This document shows positions 59,201 through 64,000 of a stretch of DNA of 64,000 bases, in pieces. A program made the translations under genes and the position numbers. The stretch is taken from NCBI GenBank assembly GCA_963701185.1, contig OY969569.1, forward strand, positions 549,486-613,485, written 5' to 3'. Position 1 is the first letter of the stretch. Each line of letters opens with the position of its first letter. This DNA comes from Candidatus Gottesmanbacteria bacterium. Lineage in GTDB: Bacteria; Patescibacteriota; Microgenomatia; UBA10105; UBA927. The notes under the pieces are model-generated. The model was given only the letters and a program-made list of their open reading frames with translations. It did not search any database and had not been told where the DNA came from.

Positions 59201-60881
59201 CCGTGGCGCCGGTTGAACCGGTGGGTCCGGCGCCTCCTCCTGCCGCTCCTGTGCCGCCGGTTCCGCCTGTGGGGCCTGCAGTCCCGTTATTCCCGGCATT
59301 CCCTGTGGCTCCGGTTGCTCCTGACGGACCGGCCCCGCCACCGATTCCTGTCGCGCCTGTGGATCCTGTCGGACCACTCGCTCCGGCTGACCCGGTCGCG
59401 CCGGTTGAGCCGGTCCGTCCTGTTGGGCCATTTGCTCCTGCAGATCCCGTGGCGCCGGTTGAGCCGGTGGGACCGCCTACACCGTTTCCTCCGGCTGATC
59501 CCGTGGCGCCTGTTGAACCTGTGGGGCCACCGGCACCTGCTCCTCCGGCAGTTCCCGTGCCTCCGGTTGCACCAGTCGGACCGTTTGTGCCGGTTGCACC
59601 CGTGGCGCCGGTTGAACCGGTCGGGCCGGCATCACCATTTGCGCCGGTTTCCCCTGTTGCACCCGTGGGACCCGAACTGCCGGACGCACCGCCGCTCCCT
59701 CCTACACCTGTTGCACCGGTCGGGCCAGTGACGGACGTTCCGTTTGTTCCGTTTGTCCCATTCGTTCCGTTTGTTCCGTTTGTCCCTGCCGGACCCGTGG
59801 CGCCGGTTGACCCCGCACTGCCGATCCCGCCGGCTGACACAAGCTGAGTAAGCAACTGGGTTAACCCTCCCTGAACATTCGTAAATTGGGGAATAAGTTG
59901 AGCGAGGTTTCCGACAGCTCCTACGGCAACCCCCTGCGGAGATCCCAACCTGACAGTCCCCTCATCCAAATCTCGCTGGGCAACGACGGCGTTTGATACA
60001 AACGCCCCCGGTTGACTATACTCAGGATTTTCGTCCGTCGTAACACCTAATATATTAATGCTCATATCTCCTTGGCTCTCAAAATATAATTTCAGTATCT
60101 CCCGCTCCGTCAATAATGTTGCCGGATCAGGCGAAGTCAAAGTCGGGGTAGCTACCACCTGCGATAGTTGACCCCGCGGCGATACATACCCTGTTACCTG
60201 CTTTCTGTCGGCATATTCAAACAAACGAAACCCTCCGACCAATGCTCCGTTGCGGATGGTCGCGTCGCGGAATTCCGCCGGCAAAATCGTCCCATCCGGC
60301 AACCGTATGCCTGCAATGAGCGGATATGCTATGAATGCCGTTTCACGCGCTCCCTTTTTCGTCATAAACAGGACGGATTTATCCTCTATTTCCGCCATCA
60401 TGCCGTAATCCCCGTTGGGATAATGGAGGGTCACATCTCCATCAAAATGACCGTCTATCAGAATGCCCTGATCTACCACTGCATAGGAATACGATCCGTC
60501 AATCCGGGTAACGACGACAAGAAACGGTCCGGAAAAATCGCTTTTAGCAAACACATTCGCCGTGAGATTGGATATCGGCACGGGAACGGTTTTTTCCGGC
60601 GGCCGCAGATCCAGAGAAGTGATGTACATGGGGACATTCACCCCTCTACGGAAAACCGTGATGCCTACGGACAAGAGAATGATAATGAACAGCAATGCAA
60701 AGATGGAAACTGTCCCTGTTTGCGTTTGTATGAATTGGTACGAAATGGTACTTTTTTTAGTATAAACTGGTAAAAACCTGCAAATCCGTGTTTTTGCAGC
60801 CACAAACCACCTTCCTAATAAAATGAGAATGCCGCCCGAAGGCGGATTTGCGGAGGGTACCGAGGTAAAAAAAAACCTCAT
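56244..60881 (-). CDS. Giant (at least 1545 aa) membrane-anchored collagen-like protein. It has an N-terminal anchor and globular domain, about 780 aa of Gly-X-Thr triplets, and a C-terminal domain of about 410 aa.
   Basis: TM helix [18 protein letters not shown]. Uninterrupted [22 protein letters not shown]... (G-X-Y with Thr at Y, Pro/Ser/Ala at X). The C-terminal domain has Gly/Thr/Asn beta-helix-like repeats. The 5' 190 nt may be non-coding (alternative starts TTG at about 60695 or ATG at about 60628). Confidence 0.8.
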   Translation of the reverse strand: MRFFFTSVPSANPPSGGILILLGRWFVAAKTRICRFLPVYTKKSTISYQFIQTQTGTVSIFALLFIIILLSVGITVFRRGVNVPMYITSLDLRPPEKTVPVPISNLTANVFAKSDFSGPFLVVVTRIDGSYSYAVVDQGILIDGHFDGDVTLHYPNGDYGMMAEIEDKSVLFMTKKGARETAFIAYPLIAGIRLPDGTILPAEFRDATIRNGALVGGFRLFEYADRKQVTGYVSPRGQLSQVVATPTLTSPDPATLLTEREILKLYFESQGDMSINILGVTTDENPEYSQPGAFVSNAVVAQRDLDEGTVRLGSPQGVAVGAVGNLAQLIPQFTNVQGGLTQLLTQLVSAGGIGSAGSTGATGPAGTNGTNGTNGTNGTNGTSVTGPTGATGVGGSGGASGSSGPTGATGETGANGDAGPTGSTGATGATGTNGPTGATGGTGTAGGAGAGGPTGSTGATGSAGGNGVGGPTGSTGATGSAGANGPTGRTGSTGATGSAGASGPTGSTGATGIGGGAGPSGATGATGNAGNNGTAGPTGGTGGTGAAGGGAGPTGSTGATGTQGTAGGSGPTGATGASGVAGISGPTGSTGATGSAGANGPTGRTGSTGATGGNGPTGSTGATGNAGGAGAGGPTGSTGATGTQGTAGGSGPTGSTGGTGTAGSGGAGGPTGSTGATGTQGTAGGSGPTGSTGATGTQGTAGGSGPTGSTGGTGTAGSGGAGGPTGSTGGTGTNGPTGSTGANGVGGPTGATGPTGSQGGAAGATGPSGSTGATGATGSAGTGGAGGPTGNTGATGTQGTAGGSGPTGNTGATGTQGTAGGSGPTGATGATGTQGTAGSSGPTGSTGATGTQGGVGSSGPTGATGATGTQGTAGGSGPTGATGATGTQGTAGGSGPTGATGATGTQGGVGSSGPTGATGATGTQGGVGSSGPTGATGATGTQGGVGSSGPTGATGATGTGGGVGANGPTGATGPTGQNFGPTGSTGATGSAGTGGPTGSTGATGNQGAAVTGPTGATGATGTAGATGPSGSTGATGTAGPAGPTGATGSGVNYWIDGGTYLYQDAAIATDLYTDDLTLGYAGDAGATITTADANETLSIDTNGTGALSIGTGANAKIISIGTGNVANTLNIGTGSPASGIVTVNIGTGTATGANATTINLGNTVADTHVVFFDNNGAAPAATNVVSGELKLGNVGTAATSGRIWIRSGSNSYTFKSGVNSWADYSEYFDQDPVGGSEPGDVMMVSRSSTYKVTKADANSRDWMLGVVTTRGTGFNDYVQQGWEELTKKGDPRYADVGMLGQVWVKTSLENGPVSPGDPLTISSVSGIAARATTTGRIVGWALEPWTGVETRDPDAPQQSLPADVGMVLARVQTDWYELASQGDLTGDMLNKVLLYPDANVDYFTTYQAKTETGSPVSAVSAWAQSVIANLKAGFIESQQAKINTVGLNVIRPINNALTIELAPENGLLAVKGNAGADIFTVDSSGNAVFKGMVTADSIRANKIEGLEIYSDTLSNLSALYSTLATASAQHVGSCLPPVDLQLRAT
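57480..59790. repeat. Collagen-like coding repeat tract (9/18/27-nt periodic GGN-CCN/NCN-ACN units).
   Basis: Seen directly. Long near-identical blocks (e.g. GTGGGGCCGGAAGAACCGACACCGCCTTGTGTTCCTGTCGCGCCGGTTGC at least 3 times). It generates many Pro/Val-rich shadow ORFs on both strands. Confidence 0.8.
60815..60845 (-). terminator. Terminator/attenuator-like hairpin CCGCC-UUCG-GGCGG followed by CAUUCUCAUUUUAUU on the minus strand.
   Basis: 5-bp GC stem with a UUCG tetraloop and a U-rich tail, 35 nt downstream of the regulator stop and inside the annotated 5' end of the giant ORF. Confidence 0.4.
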
Positions 60882-62797
60882 GGACTCCCTCCCTCGCCCA
60901 CGGATGTGTGCTTCAAGGCATAGCTCAGTTCAAATATGAGCGCGGCAACTATGATACAGAGGATAATGAAACTTGCGACGATAATATTTGCCGTATTGGA
61001 AAGAGCATAAATTTTGTTAAAAGGGGCCTTCAGTGCAATCGCCCAATGGAGAGAGGAGTTGATGCTTGTATACACAATCAGTGAATAAATACCATCGTAG
61101 GTATCTCCCTGGGCCATGCCTGTTTTTCCCTGAATACCCAGCAGTGTCGGATCATTGGGCTCCGTATCCGTACCGATAAGCGAGGGAACCGGATGCATGA
61201 TCCGTTTCCCATGGCTGTCCAAAACCACAATATATTCTCCGCGATCCGTCACCGCGATCTTTTGCAATCGGGCGCTGATGGCATCCAGATCGACAGATGC
61301 GCCGAGTATTCCGACAAATTGCTTATCAGCGGTAAAAAGCGGCATTGAAATAATAATGACTTTCCGGTGCGCACGGTCTACGAGCGACTCAAAAACATCG
61401 GAAATATAGACGTTACCGGTATCCCGCGCCCGGATAAAGTAATCCCGGAACGATAAATCCGTCTGATCAAATGTCCCCAAGGGATACAGGAAAAGCCCTG
61501 TGCCGTTCTTATCCAATATGACAATCCGGCGGATACTGTCGCTGCTGTCAAACATGATGCGGCTCAAATTCATCAGTTCCGTTGTGTTGTTCTTTTGTAC
61601 CGCGGCAACCAGATCCGGATTTATGGACGCGGTCATGACAGTAGATTTAACGCTCTGGATGTCGGTTTCAATCATTGTACGGGCAAAATCCACTTTCTGA
61701 GCATCTTCCCGTTTGACGACGGTAACGACATTAAGCTGGCTGACATACACCATCAGAATACCTATAATGATCACGGCAGTTATTACTCCGAACATGCCGA
61801 TGGCAACACCCTGTGCTTTTCTGTTCCTGGTCATTGAGAGATTTTTCCATGACGGCAGATACATGCACGTCAACCCGACGATCATGAAATAAAACGAACG
61901 GGCCCAAAATTGATGTTGCGCGAATGAAAATCCCAGAAGGAAATACGTACCCGCCGCCACATACGAACAAACCCAAAATAGCGCTTTTTTCCGGTACAAC
62001 CCAAGCCAAAGGAGCAGGATAAATCCGAAACAGACAAAGGATAATCCTATTCCCAGGACAACCGGCGTCACATGCAGCGCGGCTGTTACAGCCATCACGT
62101 GGGAATCCGCGGGCGCGGCAAATGCCACGACCGGCGCGACCAAAGCCAGAAGTGTCAGAAGCAGGACAAACGGCATGATCTTCCCTAAACGGACAAACAG
62201 GGTAAGTCCGGTGATAAGCGTCAATGTTCCGTAGATACCTATGGCATCAATATCCCGCACCAGCACTAAAATGATCGTCATGATGATCCCGGCAACCACC
62301 AGGAGGCCGCGGAATACTTTGTGCCATGTCTGATGGGTATCGTACGCGAGATTGGTTAAAAGTATCCCTATTCCCCCGCCTATTAAGAGGATTCGTATTA
62401 TGGACACGACCGGCGTAACCGACTGAACATACACGGTGTCAAACGTCTGGTTAAAAAGAAACAACGCGGCACCGGATATGACTGCAGCAATACCGACAAA
62501 CCAATCAAAGATGTTTGCCGTCACGCCATGAGCCCGGCCGAATACTGAAAAAGAAAACCGCGATGCACTTTCATGCGGGGTGATGACTTCCGTATCCTGT
62601 ATCGCGACCGCATCGGTCATCGGACTTTGACCCTTGGAAATCAAAAGCAGCCGGTGTAATTCGCTTTGCGGAATGCGGAATCTTCCCTTTCCTACTCGAA
62701 TTCCCTTAATGCGATGTTCTTTGAGGAAGGTATAAATGCTGTTGGTGCTGTACCCCAATATTTCTGCGATTTGTTTGACGGTGTATGTGGCAGCCAT
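60878..62797 (-). CDS. Membrane-bound one-component regulator: N-terminal excisionase/MerR-like HTH, an 8-TM domain, an extracytoplasmic dCache-like sensor, and a C-terminal TM.
   Basis: The HTH is [37 protein letters not shown]. There is a long polytopic segment. The double Cache pattern is ...[13 protein letters not shown]...DLSFRDYF...[10 protein letters not shown]...VIIISMPLF...[10 protein letters not shown]...[16 protein letters not shown] final TM helix follows. The stop overlaps the giant-gene ATG (ATGA). Confidence 0.7.
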   Translation of the reverse strand: MAATYTVKQIAEILGYSTNSIYTFLKEHRIKGIRVGKGRFRIPQSELHRLLLISKGQSPMTDAVAIQDTEVITPHESASRFSFSVFGRAHGVTANIFDWFVGIAAVISGAALFLFNQTFDTVYVQSVTPVVSIIRILLIGGGIGILLTNLAYDTHQTWHKVFRGLLVVAGIIMTIILVLVRDIDAIGIYGTLTLITGLTLFVRLGKIMPFVLLLTLLALVAPVVAFAAPADSHVMAVTAALHVTPVVLGIGLSFVCFGFILLLWLGLYRKKALFWVCSYVAAGTYFLLGFSFAQHQFWARSFYFMIVGLTCMYLPSWKNLSMTRNRKAQGVAIGMFGVITAVIIIGILMVYVSQLNVVTVVKREDAQKVDFARTMIETDIQSVKSTVMTASINPDLVAAVQKNNTTELMNLSRIMFDSSDSIRRIVILDKNGTGLFLYPLGTFDQTDLSFRDYFIRARDTGNVYISDVFESLVDRAHRKVIIISMPLFTADKQFVGILGASVDLDAISARLQKIAVTDRGEYIVVLDSHGKRIMHPVPSLIGTDTEPNDPTLLGIQGKTGMAQGDTYDGIYSLIVYTSINSSLHWAIALKAPFNKIYALSNTANIIVASFIILCIIVAALIFELSYALKHTSVGEGGSP

Positions 62798-62937
62798 AGC
62801 CTCATTTTTTCTAAATTATTACAAGTTTACACAACTCTATATCTACTATGTAATAATAAATGGAGTGTTGTCAATAGGGTAATTAATCTTATCATTTTCT
62901 TATCATCCATGATATAATCACGAACACATACAACCAT

Positions 62938-63873
62938 ATGCTCTCACTTTCCTACACGTCTACACTTCAATTACGGGACACGCTCAATACCGTCAACCGA
63001 CTCCGGTCGCAGATTCTCACATTGCCCATTCCGCCGAAAACCGAAGCCAAACTTGCCTGGGAAGGCACGGCAATCCGGACATGGGCAACGCTCTCACTTG
63101 CGGGCTATGATATCCAGAAACATGAAGTAGCAACGATTCTTGCCAATCCGGTCAAGCCGACCCCTGCGGTTGCACGGATCCTAGGATTGCGGCGAACCTA
63201 TGATGCCATACACAGGGAATGGCGCGCCAATCCGCGACCTGTCAGCCTGTCGGCTCTGGAAATGCTGTATTCCTTAAGTTGCCCGCACGATACGGGATCA
63301 TTTTCGATCATTGAACCCGCACTCAAAGAACTTCTCTCGTATCTCGGAGCCCAGGAAGAACATCCTGTCATTGCCGCCGCCATTGCCCACATGTATATCA
63401 TGACGATACCGAAATTCACTGAGCCGGGAATATGCGCGCGACTGACCCATTATTTGTTTTTAACCAAATACGGCTTTGACATCCGCGGGTGGATCACTCC
63501 CGAACGGATCTGGCAAACGGATGCCGCAACGTATACGCGCTTCATCAACACCTACCAAAACGATCATACTATCACAAAATGGATCGAATATATTGCCCAA
63601 TCCATGCAAACGAATCTGGAAGCACTCGCCGCTGATATCACGGAATCCCGATTCCACATCGAATACCCGGCGTCATTCTGGACACTCTCCGACCGGCAAA
63701 AGGAAATTCTCACGCTTATGAATGTACCCAACGCCTCAATTACGAACAGATACATACATAAACGGTTCAAAGTATCTCAAATCACCGCCTCGCGGGACCT
63801 TGCGAAACTCACCGCTCTGGGACTTCTCTACCCGCACGGGAAAGGGAGGGCGGTGTACTATACGAAGATCTAG
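62938..63873 (+). CDS. Fic/Doc-fold-like protein with a degenerate FIC motif and a C-terminal winged HTH.
   Basis: HMYIMTIPKFTEPGICARLTHYL sits where HPFx[DE]GNGRxxR would be (His kept, catalytic core lost). The C-terminal LSDRQKEILTLM...ITNRYIHKRFKVSQITASRDLAKLTALGLLYPHGKGRAVYY is a wHTH. Confidence 0.45.
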   Translation: MLSLSYTSTLQLRDTLNTVNRLRSQILTLPIPPKTEAKLAWEGTAIRTWATLSLAGYDIQKHEVATILANPVKPTPAVARILGLRRTYDAIHREWRANPRPVSLSALEMLYSLSCPHDTGSFSIIEPALKELLSYLGAQEEHPVIAAAIAHMYIMTIPKFTEPGICARLTHYLFLTKYGFDIRGWITPERIWQTDAATYTRFINTYQNDHTITKWIEYIAQSMQTNLEALAADITESRFHIEYPASFWTLSDRQKEILTLMNVPNASITNRYIHKRFKVSQITASRDLAKLTALGLLYPHGKGRAVYYTKI

Positions 63874-64000
63874 CTACTTTACTGTCGCGGTACTCCCCAA
63901 CATTGTGGCTTTTGTTCGAAAAAATTGTTTCAACTCATCAAGTGTTACCGGCGCAATCATGCGTGGTAAGGCGGTAAAATCTTCGACCGTAAGGATATCT

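Noticed and set aside
57874-59847. Multiple long Pro/Val/Ala-rich or Arg/Leu-rich ORFs on both strands (e.g. 57874-58491, 58700-59731, 59203-59847, 57992-58594, 58646-59431).
   Set aside because: They are alternative-frame or antisense readings of the GGN-NNN-ACN collagen repeat DNA. They have low-complexity composition, no start context, and are fully nested in the 56244-60881 gene.
60168-60773. 201-aa plus-strand ORF.
   Set aside because: Antisense to the well-supported N-terminal domain of the giant gene.

Overview
This is a 64-kb bacterial chromosomal segment of about 50% GC, with several AT-rich islets and tightly packed, often overlapping genes. The gene content (NAD and purine salvage rather than de novo synthesis, archaeal-type CoA enzymes, many membrane-anchored or secreted hypotheticals) looks like a small-genome, possibly episymbiotic (CPR/Patescibacteria-like) lineage; that lineage call is inference. 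All homology calls are from motif recognition by eye, with no searches run.

Main contents, 5' to 3':
- an AT-rich islet next to an odd tRNA, carrying a DUF433-type toxin-antitoxin-like pair
- rpmB, a site-2-protease-like gene, and tRNA-Thr, tRNA-Tyr and tRNA-Trp
- a tdh-kbl threonine catabolism pair, purB-purA, and rpmG
- a LAGLIDADG-like ORF abutting tRNA-Trp
- an NAD salvage operon (pncB-family, nucleoside hydrolase, a nadD-HAD fusion, nadE)
- an O-antigen-ligase-like gene
- an adjacent dockerin protein / cohesin-PKD anchor pair
- an L,D-transpeptidase, galU, and a secE-nusG-rplK-rplA-rplJ-rplL block with an L10 leader
- a 750-aa orphan with a degenerate Nudix box
- a galT-like / coaD-DPCK(DUF359) cluster, deoC, a clan-A glycoside hydrolase, rpe, and a tandem-PAS protein
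- a roughly 10-kb glycan-biosynthesis cluster (GT2, DegT aminotransferase, C-methyltransferase, two GT4, methyltransferase, GT2, two GT39/PMT-like membrane glycosyltransferases)
- a gene of about 4.6 kb for a membrane-anchored collagen-like (Gly-X-Thr) protein, preceded by an HTH-polytopic-dCache membrane regulator

The most interesting candidate system is this regulator + Thr-rich collagen-like fibre + PMT-like O-glycosylation / sugar-tailoring locus.

At least five genes (coaD-DPCK, rpe, both GT39-like genes, and the collagen-gene tail) are split by frameshifts at homopolymer runs. That pattern points to indel sequencing errors or pseudogenisation, and it limits confidence in the exact gene models.
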